Positions 21,147 through 33,071 of a DNA stretch of 64,000 bases are shown in pieces. Origin of the DNA: Corallochytrium limacisporum Hawaii (Eukaryota > Protista > Pluriformea). The notes below the pieces were generated by a model that was not told where the DNA came from, did no database searches, and worked only from the letters and a program-made list of their open reading frames with translations. How positions within the stretch are numbered: the stretch's first letter is position 1; each line of letters begins with the position of its first letter. The translations under genes were made by a program, and so were the position numbers. The DNA lies in NCBI GenBank assembly GCA_002811645.1, contig PDIP01000033.1:1-64000 (forward strand), given 5' to 3'.

Positions 21147-22755
21147 GTCAATTCCGAAAGTTTCAACCCGGTACTCACAGAAGCGAACTCTTTCCCACTT
21201 CAATATGCAGGTGAACAGTTGGGTCAGTAATGGCGGCCACCTCGACACTGTTGTAATGCACTCACGCCCCCCCCCCCCAAATCACCCCCCTTCTCCTCCC
21301 ACTCAGTCACCCTCCCGTTCCCCACCCACCTCACCCTTGCCTTGGGACCAGAGCCCACCGGCACGACGTTTTCAAACGCCTGCGGGCACGCACTACTATC
21401 GGCTCACATGACCATTTCTTCACCCATCACCACCCCCTCTACCCGGCCGACCGACTGACTCCCAACGGCTAATCATAAACCCCGTCGTTCATCTTTTTCT
21501 TCCCAAGGAAGAAAAAAGCCACTGTCGGGGAGTAGGGCTATTATTACTTACTGTTTGGTGCCGTGAACGAAGACAATGTGAAGCACTGCTTGTGTGTTGT
21601 ATCCTCCGTGTTGTGTACAGGACGCATGGCGCATTCGTACCTTGGTTCGCATGGTATTGGTTTGTTTCCAAATTTTGAAACTAGTGTTCCTGAATCACAG
21701 CCGAGCCAAAACCACAAGCAACCGCCCCAGCATGGAGGTGAATAGGAAAAAGCACTGAGAGAGTAGACAACTACTATGAAGTTCCATGTGTCAGCATGTA
21801 TCTCTATGGCACGGCCAGGCAAATGGCAGCGATTGGTGGTCGAAACATCAACAAAAGAGCGCTGCGGCGGTACCTTCTTGGGACGTATCACGGATTGATT
21901 GTGATGATGACAAATGTTACAGCTCACTGCGGAACTGGGGATGGTAGCAAACAAATCTGACGTGCTCGTTAGTGGTGGTTTTTATCCGCTCCCGTGGTCG
22001 CGCAGGTATATCTTCGTCCCGTTTCCCCCGCCCCCGAGACCCTGGGTGAACGACGGGTAGGAGGGGGGGGGGGAAGGAAGAGTGAGAGTTTCGGACTGGT
22101 AATCTCTACTTGCCGTGCACGCAGCAAGCGTACACAACGCATTACGTAGCGGTAGAAAGTAACTTAGAATTGACAGCCATGGACAGAACTGAAAAGTGTT
22201 TTCCTTGCGTCTGCAAAGGGACACACCGAGGCATAGGGTCGCCTGGGGATTGGTGCTCTGTCTGCCATACCCCTTGTCCATCACACCGGACGAGGGACTG
22301 CAGGCGCGATCTGCATTTAGAATTTTTCCCTTTTTGTTTTTGCAATTTTTCGGGGCCGCTTTGGGTGGGGCCTCCTCTCGCGTCTTGTATTTCTGGACGT
22401 GGACGGGGGATTGAATTAATATACGGATAAACGTCTGATTTCAAGGCCGCACGGGGCAGCGAAAAACAGTTCGTTCTTGTTCGGATCCCATGACAAGGTT
22501 AAGCATACGGTCCCGTGGGAGCAGCCCTTGACTGTGAGCAAGGTAACAAGGTATTCGATAATCGTTTACTTTTCTACCGAGTAGAAGACAAATGTGCTGA
22601 TATCACTGAAAAAGCACTATGCTCTGTGATGAATTCGTTAAAAGAACAGCGTCCTGAAAGACCATAGTAAACTCACGGTACATAGAAATTTCGAATGTCG
22701 ACGTAGTATGTCATTGCGGGTTGACCTTTCATAGTGGACGAAACAAAGAATACCT

Positions 22756-23652
22756 ATGCTTGGGATTTCTCGTACAGGCATCTGGAAGACGGCAACTCAG
22801 CACCTTGTACAAAATCAGCACAGCACGAAGCATATTGCACACAAAGCAAAGTTTAGGGTCGCCCCCATCTCCACATGTACCAATAGACTAAGCAGAAAGA
22901 TGACGTCAGATGAAGAAGTTAACCCTGTCGAGATCCAGAGAGCGCTGACGGCTGTACGCCAGAGGGTTGAGAAGGCCTGTGACGATGCTGAAAGACCAAT
23001 AGAGGGCGTGCGGTTGGTGGCTGTGAGCAAGACGAAGCCTTATGACGCACTTCGGGCTGCGTACAGTAGTGGACAGCGGCATTTTGGTGAAAACTATGTA
23101 CAAGAGGTTGTGGACAAGTCAAAAGTGCTTCCTGAGGACATTTGCTGGCATTTCATTGGCCATCTACAGTCCAACAAAGCCAAGGATATTTGCGCCATCC
23201 CGAACATGTACATGGTAGAGACCGTCCACAGTGAGAAACTTGCCAACCTGTTGGAAAAGCAATGGGGCTCACAGGAACACAGCACTAACGGGCCCTTGAA
23301 AGTTCTGGTGCAAGTGAACACAAGTGGTGAGGAGAACAAGAGTGGCGTCAAGCCTGGAGAACAGGCGATTAAGCTCGCACAACACATTCGGGATAAATGC
23401 AAGAATCTAAAGTTACAGGGTGTGATGACCATCGGTGCCTTTGATCACAGTGTGGCTGAGAGCGGTGACAATCCAGACTTTTTGAAGCTTATAGACTGTC
23501 GTAAGGAGGTGGCGGAGGCGCTTGAAATGGAACCTGAGGACCTTGAGCTTAGCATGGGCATGAGCAACGACTTCGAGCATGCTATTGAGAAGGGGTCCAC
23601 GAACGTCAGGGTAGGTAGCACAATTTTCGGAGCCCGAAACTACAACAAATGA
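22756..23652 (+). CDS. PLPBP: Pyridoxal phosphate homeostasis protein (YggS/PROSC)
   Basis: LVAVSKTKP, FGENYVQE, WHFIGHLQSNK, LSMGMSNDFEHAI and GSTNVRVGSTIFGAR. Confidence 0.97.
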   Translation: MLGISRTGIWKTATQHLVQNQHSTKHIAHKAKFRVAPISTCTNRLSRKMTSDEEVNPVEIQRALTAVRQRVEKACDDAERPIEGVRLVAVSKTKPYDALRAAYSSGQRHFGENYVQEVVDKSKVLPEDICWHFIGHLQSNKAKDICAIPNMYMVETVHSEKLANLLEKQWGSQEHSTNGPLKVLVQVNTSGEENKSGVKPGEQAIKLAQHIRDKCKNLKLQGVMTIGAFDHSVAESGDNPDFLKLIDCRKEVAEALEMEPEDLELSMGMSNDFEHAIEKGSTNVRVGSTIFGARNYNK

Positions 23653-23743
23653 GCGCAACAATCTTAGACAGGTTGGTAACACTTAGTAATATACACTTTG
23701 TACTGTAACACTAATTCCATATCTCGCTCTCGCTCCCAGCTCT

Positions 23744-24535
23744 TTAGAGACTAGGAAGGCTCCTGTTCGCTTTCTTCAGGATGTGATCCAGGTGCATGCA
23801 CAAGAAATCCAAGTGCAGTGGTTCCTTAAGACGGTGATCACCGTCCTTGATAATATGCAATTGTACGTCAGAACCGTCGATGTGCTTGAACAGCTTTTGA
23901 CTCAAGGACCATGGCACATCCCAGTCTTTTCTTCCGTGCATCACGACCACTGGAGTGTCGCCCAAAGGCAACGGTTGTCGCAAAACAAGGTGATCCTTAC
24001 CTTCAAGCATCAGCTTATGACTGTATGGATACGGTTCCTCTTGGTATCGAGACGGTCTATAGAGGACTCCGTTGTCTACCATTTCCTTCCTCTGTTCATC
24101 GCTTAGGTTCGGCCACAGGAGTTCTTCAGTAAAGTCAGGAGCAGCTGCGATCGTGATCAGGCCAATCACCCTTTCAGGAAATGTTCGAGCGAAGAGTGTT
24201 GAAAGCCATCCGCCCATACTTGAACCAACTAGGATCAATTTGTCCGTTTTAGCTGTCTGGGACAGTACAATGTCTTTGCAGTCCTGAAACCAAGTTCCGA
24301 TCCCGCATTCGCTGATCTTCCCCTCCGACTGACCATGGCCAGTGTAATCAAAGCGAAGATAGTTGCACTGGGGGCAAGATTCCCACCATCTTTTCAGTGC
24401 CTCTGACTTTGTCCCGGTGAATTCAGAATTGTAGCCACAGAAGAACACCAGCGTAAATTTCGCCGCAGCGTGGTTGTACTTCTGGAAGGCAAGCTTAAAG
24501 CCATTGCTAGATGTGAGGAATTGCGTGGTAGCCAT
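23744..24535 (-). CDS. Alpha/beta hydrolase, ABHD10-like
   Basis: RFDYTGHGQS, LVGSSMGGW nucleophile elbow, IAAAPDFTE, HGRKD..VP and KDGDHRL. Start uncertain (ATG 24535 or further upstream). Confidence 0.88.
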   Translation of the reverse strand: MATTQFLTSSNGFKLAFQKYNHAAAKFTLVFFCGYNSEFTGTKSEALKRWWESCPQCNYLRFDYTGHGQSEGKISECGIGTWFQDCKDIVLSQTAKTDKLILVGSSMGGWLSTLFARTFPERVIGLITIAAAPDFTEELLWPNLSDEQRKEMVDNGVLYRPSRYQEEPYPYSHKLMLEGKDHLVLRQPLPLGDTPVVVMHGRKDWDVPWSLSQKLFKHIDGSDVQLHIIKDGDHRLKEPLHLDFLCMHLDHILKKANRSLPSL

Positions 24536-25177
24536 GATCACAAAGAATAATTTTCCGTTATCCTCAACAAACTCACCAAGAATGGGTCCAGTTCTATAAC
24601 AATCGCTCATTGATATACCAAGGCACCCCAGATTTCGCAGAAAGGCCAACTCTGATATGTCATCAAAGCGTTAGCGGCGACCCAAGGTCTCAGGAATCTC
24701 CTTTTTGGAAAGCAATGTATTCGGGGCCTATTTTCTCTCCCCCCTCCCCACCTCTGAGCCTGGTGGGAGCGCGCCAAAAGACCGGCCTCGGACTGGGGAG
24801 GTTTGTGGCAGGGGGCCCTTGGAGACCGAACGGGAATCCAGAACATCCCTTGGGTGCATTTCCCTTTCTTTTTGGCGACATGTAAATTGAGTTATTTCAA
24901 AACGGGCGACGTAGCAATGATGTACTGATACCATGTGCTAATATCATCGGCGTCGATAACAAGCATTGTGCACCAAGGGGCCTGTACAAGAGTCCACCTT
25001 CACACAACAACATGCCGTGAGGACATGGGAAGTGACCCTTGGAGTGAGCAAGTCACTTATCCCTGCTTATGACTTAGTTTTTAGTCCAGGAGTTTCATAA
25101 ATCTGACTTCTACAAGGAAACGACCAAGGCTGGCTGGAAGCCCTGCCGGCGGCCGGAGGTCCCTAAAGCACACCGCA

Positions 25178-28159
25178 ATGGACGGCCGGAAACTCGACGA
25201 GGCTGTTCCTGGTGGAAAGGGTGCATCACAGGGTACCAGCAGTCCACGCCTATCGGATGTACACAACCGTCTGCATGAAAGTAATTTGGGACCGGGAATG
25301 GAACACATGAAGAATGTCTCGGGCCGGGGCATCGGTAAAGAAAACAGTCTCGATGAAATGAGTGCCGGAAGAACAGCACGGGCTCGACTGATGCAGTCCG
25401 GATCAACAACTAATTTTGAAGATGGGATGGACACCGATGTTCCACCCTCATATGGTGCATTAGTTTCTGCCTTGGCGGAGTTTGGGCTGACTATACCGTC
25501 TGCTAACTCTTCAATACTCTTACTTCATCAAGATGGAACGCTCCAGAAGTTTCGCGTTTTGCTTGAGACATACTTCGATGAAATTTTCGCACAGGGTTCT
25601 GTATCAAGTGCAAGTACAGGTACTGCACTGTTTGAGTACATTGATGGGTTGCTATCACAACGTGTCGATAAAACAGCAGCAAGTGCAATTGCTGAGTCGA
25701 TGCTCTCAGAGATAGCCAGTATGTGCCGCAGAAAGTTGAGGACTACCACCGTTGCTCATTTGTGCCGAGCCTTTAGGGCGGCTGCCGCACCAATCTGCGA
25801 TAAGATCAGTAGAGAGACACTTGATGCCATTGGCATAAGCATTGGGGAACGTCTCAGTGACGAGAATGACGCTGATACATTCAAGGAGGAGATGATTACA
25901 TCCCTCTTTGGACTCTCGGAAGCGATCGATACTGCTTTGGGGGCGCTTGTCCGGGAGGATAGTGAAGTGAGGAGGATCTGTCGTCACATTGACGAGAATG
26001 CACTACTGCCAGCGGACATTACAGCAGAAATTAGACATGCATGGGGTGCCGAGATGGAATTATCGAACGATGGTGTCATCAATGACTTTGGAACATTTCT
26101 GTCATTTTGGCTATTGTTTGAGCGGACTTTTGAAACCTTACCCCCGACTGGAGCGGAGCTACTTCGTACGCTGATTAGTGGTCTGCAAGAACTTGAGCTG
26201 ACACAGCTCTTAACCTTGCCAGCCTACCGGAAGGCACTGAGAATGGATATGCACGTATATGTTCAGGATACGTGTGCTGGCGAAGACCACTGGATGGAGA
26301 GCTGCTGGCCTCACCTGGATAGCTACTTGGATATCAGTCAACAGACCGTCGTGTTTCGACAGCTGGAATCCATGCTGAGGGTCTCCGAGGACCCTAGACT
26401 GCAATTGACTTTGCAAGAGGAGATGATTGTTTTGCGAAGGCAGCTTCATCAGGACTATGTCTTTCTTCGCGCAGATGAACTGTTCGACATCGCTCGAAGT
26501 TATCCTGAGTCACTTCCCGCAGTGCGTGACCTCAAGCAAGCGATCCAGAAATGTGAGCTAAGCCTTCCGTCCATCAATCAGCGCATTGTTAGTGCCCTGT
26601 CCGGTCAGATTCGGAAGCGTCTGTTGCATCCCGGTATTGATACTGAACGCATTGCTGTCATGTACATCCGGAATATCAAGGTGCTTCGTCTCATTGACCC
26701 AACCGCTGCCCTGGTTGATACAGTTTGCGAAGACATTCGACGCTACCTCCGACGTAGGGATGATACGGTGCGCTGCATTGTTCGCATGATAACAGATGAG
26801 AACGCGGCGCGTGACATCTTCGGGCAGGATGATGACGATGAAGGCGATGAAGAGGACCGCGCGGACATGCAAGGCAGCAAGGACTACGCTGACGTCAACC
26901 GCCTGAGCATCAACACCTGGCACAAATGGAATCCTCTGTTGCCGGAAGCACTCAGCAAGTTAAAACAGCAGCACTTTGCGGGAATACCCTTGCGCGACCG
27001 GCGAATGGCCCACACGGGAGAGATGTTGGGCATGTTACTTGGCATTTACGGTACTCGCGAGAACTTCGTTGGCGAGTACCGGTCACTACTGGCCGAGCGA
27101 TTGTTGGAGAGTATGGACATGGATACGGATCGTGAGGTGCGTTCTTTGGAAATGCTGAAGGTTCATTTGGGTGAGAACAACATGCAATATTGTGATGTCA
27201 TGCTGAAGGATATGGTAGAGAGTAGACGCATGCGACAGAACATTTGTAGTCACTTCCAGAGAACATCACGCGAATGCAGTATTGACGTTTCCAAAATGTC
27301 AATGGCAATTCTCAGTCACCTGTTTTGGCCCACCTTCCGCAGGGATACCATGAATCTTCCGGTTACCATTTATCGGACAATGCAGGTTTACGAGCAAGGA
27401 TTTAAGAGGCAGAAACCCAATCGGTCCCTCCAATTCAAACCGACTGTGGGTATGGTAGAACTGGAAGTCACATTGCCTGATAGGCAGCCCAAGTCATTCA
27501 CTGTGCCGGTAGCAACGGCCGCGATCTTGTACATGTTCCAGGACGCAAATGATGAGGAGGTTACGGCAGCTGTCGACGAAATGAAACGTGCCGAGAGCGA
27601 AGACAACGTCAAGGACGGCATCACATCGCGTACGGGAGTCACTGCCGCTACATCCAAGCCGGAGTGGACCACTCAAGAGCTTAGCCAAACTCTCGGTTTG
27701 GCAGAGGCTACCGTGCGCAAACGAATTGCGTACTGGACGCGCCTGGAGATTCTGAAGGAGTATGCGCCGAATAGATTCTGCACCGCAGAACGTGAGAGTG
27801 AACTCCGACGTGCCATGACCATTGACGCGACTGTAGGTGCCATGAATGAGCCATCACAGAGCATATCAGCCGCGGAACACGATGAGGATGACGATGCCGA
27901 CGACCACGGTGGCGCTCTGAGCTCCGTCAGGGAGAATCAGCAAGAGCAACTCAATCTGATGTGGATGTTTGCCCAAGGTATGCTGCGTAACCTCGGTCCC
28001 CAGAGTGTTGATCGTCTGTGGAATATGGTAAGCATGTATGTGCAAAATTCCGACACCCCAGTACACTGTACCCAGGCTGATTTCAGACAGTTTCTGGATG
28101 TCAAAGTTCGTCAGGACGAACTTCAGGTATCCGGTGGTCTGTACAGTCTCGGTGACTAG
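25178..28159 (+). CDS. ANAPC2: Anaphase-promoting complex subunit 2 (cullin-like)
   Basis: ELFDIARSYPESLPA, RLLHPG, YLRRRDDTVRCIV, EYRSLLAERLL, CDVMLKDM..SRR, ILSHLFWP and a C-terminal WHB segment GMLRNLG...GGLYSL. Confidence 0.95.
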   Translation: MDGRKLDEAVPGGKGASQGTSSPRLSDVHNRLHESNLGPGMEHMKNVSGRGIGKENSLDEMSAGRTARARLMQSGSTTNFEDGMDTDVPPSYGALVSALAEFGLTIPSANSSILLLHQDGTLQKFRVLLETYFDEIFAQGSVSSASTGTALFEYIDGLLSQRVDKTAASAIAESMLSEIASMCRRKLRTTTVAHLCRAFRAAAAPICDKISRETLDAIGISIGERLSDENDADTFKEEMITSLFGLSEAIDTALGALVREDSEVRRICRHIDENALLPADITAEIRHAWGAEMELSNDGVINDFGTFLSFWLLFERTFETLPPTGAELLRTLISGLQELELTQLLTLPAYRKALRMDMHVYVQDTCAGEDHWMESCWPHLDSYLDISQQTVVFRQLESMLRVSEDPRLQLTLQEEMIVLRRQLHQDYVFLRADELFDIARSYPESLPAVRDLKQAIQKCELSLPSINQRIVSALSGQIRKRLLHPGIDTERIAVMYIRNIKVLRLIDPTAALVDTVCEDIRRYLRRRDDTVRCIVRMITDENAARDIFGQDDDDEGDEEDRADMQGSKDYADVNRLSINTWHKWNPLLPEALSKLKQQHFAGIPLRDRRMAHTGEMLGMLLGIYGTRENFVGEYRSLLAERLLESMDMDTDREVRSLEMLKVHLGENNMQYCDVMLKDMVESRRMRQNICSHFQRTSRECSIDVSKMSMAILSHLFWPTFRRDTMNLPVTIYRTMQVYEQGFKRQKPNRSLQFKPTVGMVELEVTLPDRQPKSFTVPVATAAILYMFQDANDEEVTAAVDEMKRAESEDNVKDGITSRTGVTAATSKPEWTTQELSQTLGLAEATVRKRIAYWTRLEILKEYAPNRFCTAERESELRRAMTIDATVGAMNEPSQSISAAEHDEDDDADDHGGALSSVRENQQEQLNLMWMFAQGMLRNLGPQSVDRLWNMVSMYVQNSDTPVHCTQADFRQFLDVKVRQDELQVSGGLYSLGD

Positions 28160-28971
28160 AGAGTTTATTTTAGAGAAGCATAAAGAACACTGAAGAGAAT
28201 ATTCGCTTGGTACCTACAGGTTTCTGGTCTTCCTGCAATTCATGGAATTCGAGTCCGGTTTCTTCTACGCGCTTACGGTCCGCACTGTCAATGACGTAAA
28301 TGAGGGCGTCAACATCATCGAAGTCGGCGAATCGCCTTCTGTCCTCCTATGTCCCACATATTCATCGTAAACCCCAGCTGCTGCACACCCATTGTGTTGA
28401 TTCATTCGCCCTTGAAGTATCTCTAACCTCGGCATGACTGACTGCGTCCTAACACCCTCTCCCCCGCCAGGCACCCCCGGCAACCCCACGGAGGGTCCCG
28501 AGGAGACGGGTTCCCCCTCCCCCCTTCCCTCTCCCGTGGGCCAGCGCCCCGGGGAAGTGCGGGGAGGGCGGGGCTACTGAGGAGCATTTGAAGGGGCCTA
28601 TTTTTCTTCCCGCCATCAACACTTCCGGTGCGTTACAACGCCTCTGCCACTTCACTGCTGGGCCTGCCGTACAATTCCTTTATCCTCAGCTTGAACCACC
28701 GCCGCCTCACTCAGGCTCAAGGCCCCCCTCGGGCGGGGGTGTTTGGAACTGCTGTATTTTTCTTCCGTGGGGCGTTGCAACGGCGCGTCCGGAGCGAGGG
28801 GTGCGTCCGAAGTCGAACGGTGGTCATTTTGAGCCGGGATTTCAGGGGCAGAGGTTCGATGTGGTACAAAATATGCAACAGCTGGCTTTGACAGCTTGAT
28901 TAAGTTTTGGCTAAATGCAATCTTGATGATCATGAACTTCTTTATAAAGTAGTTCTGGTAGTCAACCGAGA

Positions 28972-30522
28972 ATGAAGGTACACTCACTGATCTTGGGCCT
29001 GCTTGCGGTCGGAGCCGTTGCCGACAGCGAGGGTGACGTAGATGTCCTCCGGCCACCATGTGATTGGTTCCCTCACACCTTCGGAACAAAGACACGCTAT
29101 TGTCCACCTCATTTGCGATCCGAGTACGGCTATGACTTTGAGAATCTTCAAGCCGAAGTGCGGGCTCTGGGGGATGAACAGGGATTAGTCTGCCGGCCAG
29201 AACACATTCAAATGTTAGTCCGGCATGGTACGCGGTACCCTAGCACAGGCGACATCCGAAAACTTGACAAATTGCAAAATAAGCTAAACCAACTTGACCT
29301 CCATGGAGACTCTAATTACTTGTGGTTGAAAGACTGGGAGAACCCATTCCATGAGAGCGATGACAAAATGCTACATGAGATTGGTGAGTACGAACTCTAT
29401 GAGATTGCCAAGCGGTATCGGGAACGGTTTCCTACGTTATTCATGGAAAAATATTCGAGTAGAAGCTACCGCTTTACTTCGACCAAGACAGAACGAGCGG
29501 CCCAGTCTGCGAGTGCATTTAGCTACGGTTTGTTTGAGGGAACGGGTATCATCAGCGAAAACGGTTTCCAGCCCGTCGCCATCAACTCTGCATCTATTGA
29601 CCGGGACATTCAGCTCCGGTTCTTTGACAACTGTGACAAGTACCTGAGGGTAGTGAAAGGCGACGACCTGGATGGTGAAGTCAGTCGTCCGGGAGTCAAG
29701 ACGGTGTCCGGAGAGCTCAAGAAGTTTAAGAAAAGCGAAGCCTTGCAGAGTTTGATCGCAGATGTGAAACGAAAAGTTGGTCTACCAGAAGACCATCCGT
29801 TCCCGAGCTACAAGGACCTGTACGGTATTTATGTTATGTGTGCCTATGGGGTGAATTTACGTGGAGACACGACCTTCTGCGACATCTTTGAGGACACGGA
29901 CAAGGCATTGAAGATTTTGGACTTTCACTCCGAACTCAAGACATATTACGTCCGTGGTGAAGGTACAGATATCAACACGCAAATGAGCTGTCCATTGTTG
30001 ACAGATATGTGGGAGCATATTGAGGCCCTGGTGGAAAATTACAAAGATAATCAGAACATGCTGCCCCACCATCAGCTCAAGGGTGCCTTCCGTTTTGCCC
30101 ACGCGGAGACTTTGATCCCACTGGTCAACCTGATGGGACTGTACACCCAGGGTGAAAAAGGTAACTTGACCGCTGATGAATACGAAACCCACATTAAGGA
30201 CCGTGAGTTCCGCAGTGGCATCATGAGCCCTTTCAGCGGTAACATTGGTATGGTCGTGTACAAGTGCACGGGTACGACACCGGACAACGTCCACTGGAAG
30301 GTAGCCACCCTGTTGAACGAACGTGTGTACAAGATGACCCAGGTGGGCTGTGATCACCTACTCTGCGACTACAGCAAGATGCACCACTATTTCCGGGATC
30401 ACTATGGTTGTAACTTTGACGAAGTGTGTAGCTTGGACAAAATGGTTGACGAAGTTGTAGATGCTTCGATCCTTGAGGCCGACTCTCAAGCACATCTGCG
30501 CACTGGTAGCGATGAGTTGTGA
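28972..30522 (+). CDS. MINPP1: Multiple inositol polyphosphate phosphatase (histidine acid phosphatase), ER-luminal
   Basis: Signal peptide, RHGTRYP, LRFFDNC, FAHAETL and C-terminal SDEL retention signal. Confidence 0.93.
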   Translation: MKVHSLILGLLAVGAVADSEGDVDVLRPPCDWFPHTFGTKTRYCPPHLRSEYGYDFENLQAEVRALGDEQGLVCRPEHIQMLVRHGTRYPSTGDIRKLDKLQNKLNQLDLHGDSNYLWLKDWENPFHESDDKMLHEIGEYELYEIAKRYRERFPTLFMEKYSSRSYRFTSTKTERAAQSASAFSYGLFEGTGIISENGFQPVAINSASIDRDIQLRFFDNCDKYLRVVKGDDLDGEVSRPGVKTVSGELKKFKKSEALQSLIADVKRKVGLPEDHPFPSYKDLYGIYVMCAYGVNLRGDTTFCDIFEDTDKALKILDFHSELKTYYVRGEGTDINTQMSCPLLTDMWEHIEALVENYKDNQNMLPHHQLKGAFRFAHAETLIPLVNLMGLYTQGEKGNLTADEYETHIKDREFRSGIMSPFSGNIGMVVYKCTGTTPDNVHWKVATLLNERVYKMTQVGCDHLLCDYSKMHHYFRDHYGCNFDEVCSLDKMVDEVVDASILEADSQAHLRTGSDEL

Positions 30523-30625
30523 TCGGTTCTTTGTTTTAGGCTTGTAAGATGAACTTGTCATTTTGCCACTAGATTTTAATAAGAAATGCTCCTTACACGT
30601 CATGTTTGATGTTCTTTTTTTAGTT

Positions 30626-32698
30626 TCAGTTTGCGGGCGCTGCCTGGGCCCCCTGCTGCTGTTGCCGGGCAGCTGCCTTCTGAGTGACAGTGCTTACCGT
30701 ACCCTGTTCGCGGGGTGCGTCCCAGCTGAGGTCCTTGAGGCGCTGGCAACGCTCAGTTTCCAACTGTACAGCCCGCTGCCAATCCTCGAGACTAAGGGCG
30801 ACCCGACCATGGCTAGCGGCTACGAAACGGGCCATGGTCAACGTCTGGTGCATCTGGGCTTCACCGAAGGAAGAGTCCTGCTTGCGCATGGTGACAAACG
30901 CTTCCGCGATTCTCTTCTGGCCGTCCTCCTTCAACTCGGGGTCCAAGGCCCGTGCGGCACGCACGTACGCGTTCAAAAGGTCCAGGGTCTGCTCGTCAAT
31001 GTTGGACACTTGTGGCATGCTGGCTGCTATCTTGACCGGCACAGTTGCTTGGGTCTGAACCAGTGATCGGCGGGTAGAAACGACTATGGCATTGATCGCG
31101 CAGTCAAATGGCATCGCGCTGTATCCAAAGTTATAGCTAACCTTACCCCACTGCAGGGCCTCCTGAAGGGACTGCAGGTTGCGCATTCCGCGCTCCTTCA
31201 GCTGGCCGGAAGAAAGCCTGGTCTCGTTAAAGATGGCCTGGGTGCCACTGGGAACTTGCAGCAAACCAGACACAAGCCTGTCGTTTATAGGGTCTTTGGT
31301 TGGAGCGTAATTGTCAGCGTTCAGTGCATCGATGGTAAGATCGACAGCAGGGACATAGCGGTTGCAGATCTTCTCGAGCAGCGCATCGAGGCCGTCGACC
31401 AAAGCACCGGACGCTTGAGTCTCTTCGCCCATTTTCAGGCTCTCTGACACCAGAGCAATGTTAATTGGGAAGTGACCCAGTGGCAGTTCGCCGCGACGGG
31501 TGTACAGATGGCTCAAGAGATGCAACAGGACATATTCGGCAGCCAAAGCATCGCCGTAGAGCAGCTCGGTTAGAGTCTTGAGCAACGTTTCACGGGCCCG
31601 CTTGGCAAGGTCATCAGATAGAGCAGGGTGCTGAACGGCGACAGAGGTGGCCGGAGCAAGGAGGGTGTAAAGTTCCTTATCGAACTGTAGCGGCTCCAGT
31701 ACACGGTAGTGCAAGCAGTGTACTCGGGGCACTTGGGAGTGCGGTAGCATGTCACTGACGGTTTGCATGCCGTCGGTGTAGGGTGTGGTGAAATCATGTT
31801 GCGCGGCAGACGTCTGCGGCTGATCAAATTGAGTGGCCATAGGGCTGCTGCTGAATATACCATAGAACTCAACAATGCGGTTCACGGCGGCTAGTTCGTT
31901 GTTGGCACTCTCGCCATAGAGCTTGACAATAGCCGGAACAAATGCAGAGTCCTTAGATGCGCGCCGATCTGGGAAGTTCAGAGGATTTGCCTGTTGCAGG
32001 TCTTCGTTGCCGCTCTTCTGCTCTTCGGATGCCTTAGGTGTCGCGGTTTGCTGTTGGTGCAGCTGCTGAGCGGTACCACGTTTCGTTCCCGTCACGGTCT
32101 CTTCGCCTGTGGACACAGCTCCTGCAGCGTCTGGACTCTTGTCTTCGACATCCATGTCATCATCGAGGCTTCGCTTACCCTTTCGATTTTCCGCTGCTGC
32201 AGGATCTCCATGGTCTTGACTCTGTTGACCATGTTGCTCTTTGTGAGTCGCACCCGGCACAGGCACGACATAGATCTGTCCGCGCTCGTGCAGAGCCTCG
32301 GTCATTTCAAAATCATCAAGGTTGATTTTGCCACCACCAAACAAGGAAGAGCTCTGTAGACTGTCCACATCCTGGAAAGCCACATGCACTCGGCGATCAG
32401 GCTGGGATTTATCCTTAAACGTAGGACAATAGTACTCTGGCTGCAGGGTGTCCTGTACCATGCCGACGTAGCGCACCAGGGATCCCGGTTGAATGTATGG
32501 CAGAGATGCTTTGGTCAGCAGAGGCACCTGGGACCGAACATTTTTCTGTTCAATGTTGCCCTCCACTTGCGACGCAAACTCTCTCAAAATGACGTCCACA
32601 CCAGCGTGTGGGCTCTGAGCACCATGCTGTTCAAACAGATTATGAATCTGCTCACTTGGATTGGCAAACCAGCCAGATTGCTGTGTCTTTCCGGGCAT
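30626..32698 (-). CDS. MCMBP: Mini-chromosome maintenance complex-binding protein
   Basis: LVRYVGMVQD..PEYY, VPVPG, PHSQVPRVH, GDALAAEYVLLHLLS and RLVSGLLQ...ETRL..GQL...G..N. Confidence 0.93.
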   Translation of the reverse strand: MPGKTQQSGWFANPSEQIHNLFEQHGAQSPHAGVDVILREFASQVEGNIEQKNVRSQVPLLTKASLPYIQPGSLVRYVGMVQDTLQPEYYCPTFKDKSQPDRRVHVAFQDVDSLQSSSLFGGGKINLDDFEMTEALHERGQIYVVPVPGATHKEQHGQQSQDHGDPAAAENRKGKRSLDDDMDVEDKSPDAAGAVSTGEETVTGTKRGTAQQLHQQQTATPKASEEQKSGNEDLQQANPLNFPDRRASKDSAFVPAIVKLYGESANNELAAVNRIVEFYGIFSSSPMATQFDQPQTSAAQHDFTTPYTDGMQTVSDMLPHSQVPRVHCLHYRVLEPLQFDKELYTLLAPATSVAVQHPALSDDLAKRARETLLKTLTELLYGDALAAEYVLLHLLSHLYTRRGELPLGHFPINIALVSESLKMGEETQASGALVDGLDALLEKICNRYVPAVDLTIDALNADNYAPTKDPINDRLVSGLLQVPSGTQAIFNETRLSSGQLKERGMRNLQSLQEALQWGKVSYNFGYSAMPFDCAINAIVVSTRRSLVQTQATVPVKIAASMPQVSNIDEQTLDLLNAYVRAARALDPELKEDGQKRIAEAFVTMRKQDSSFGEAQMHQTLTMARFVAASHGRVALSLEDWQRAVQLETERCQRLKDLSWDAPREQGTVSTVTQKAAARQQQQGAQAAPAN

Positions 32699-33071
32699 TT
32701 CGTTTGTTTTGTGTCCAGAAGAGGATGGCTTTTGTATTGAAGGCTATGAGAAATGGTCAACAGTCTAAAACCCGAAGTGGAAGACATCAAGGACCATTCC
32801 GCAAAGACAGAGTGAAACGAAAACGAAGACGCAGAAAGCTTCACGAACGTAACGACACACAACGTCGTTCAGTCATGATTGGGCTGATGAAATCTTCAAA
32901 TGCCAGGTCCGCCGTGCCATCATCCATTTTTTTCCGGTTGTTTCGGTAATAGAAATGGAGAGCAAAAGCAAGCCGTGATAAGGAGGAGAGGGGGTGAGTA
33001 GCGGGCCTCCTTTGGGTGAGACCCTGTGCGATTTCTTCAAACGGGGGAGGGCCCGGTCGAAGCATATGACT

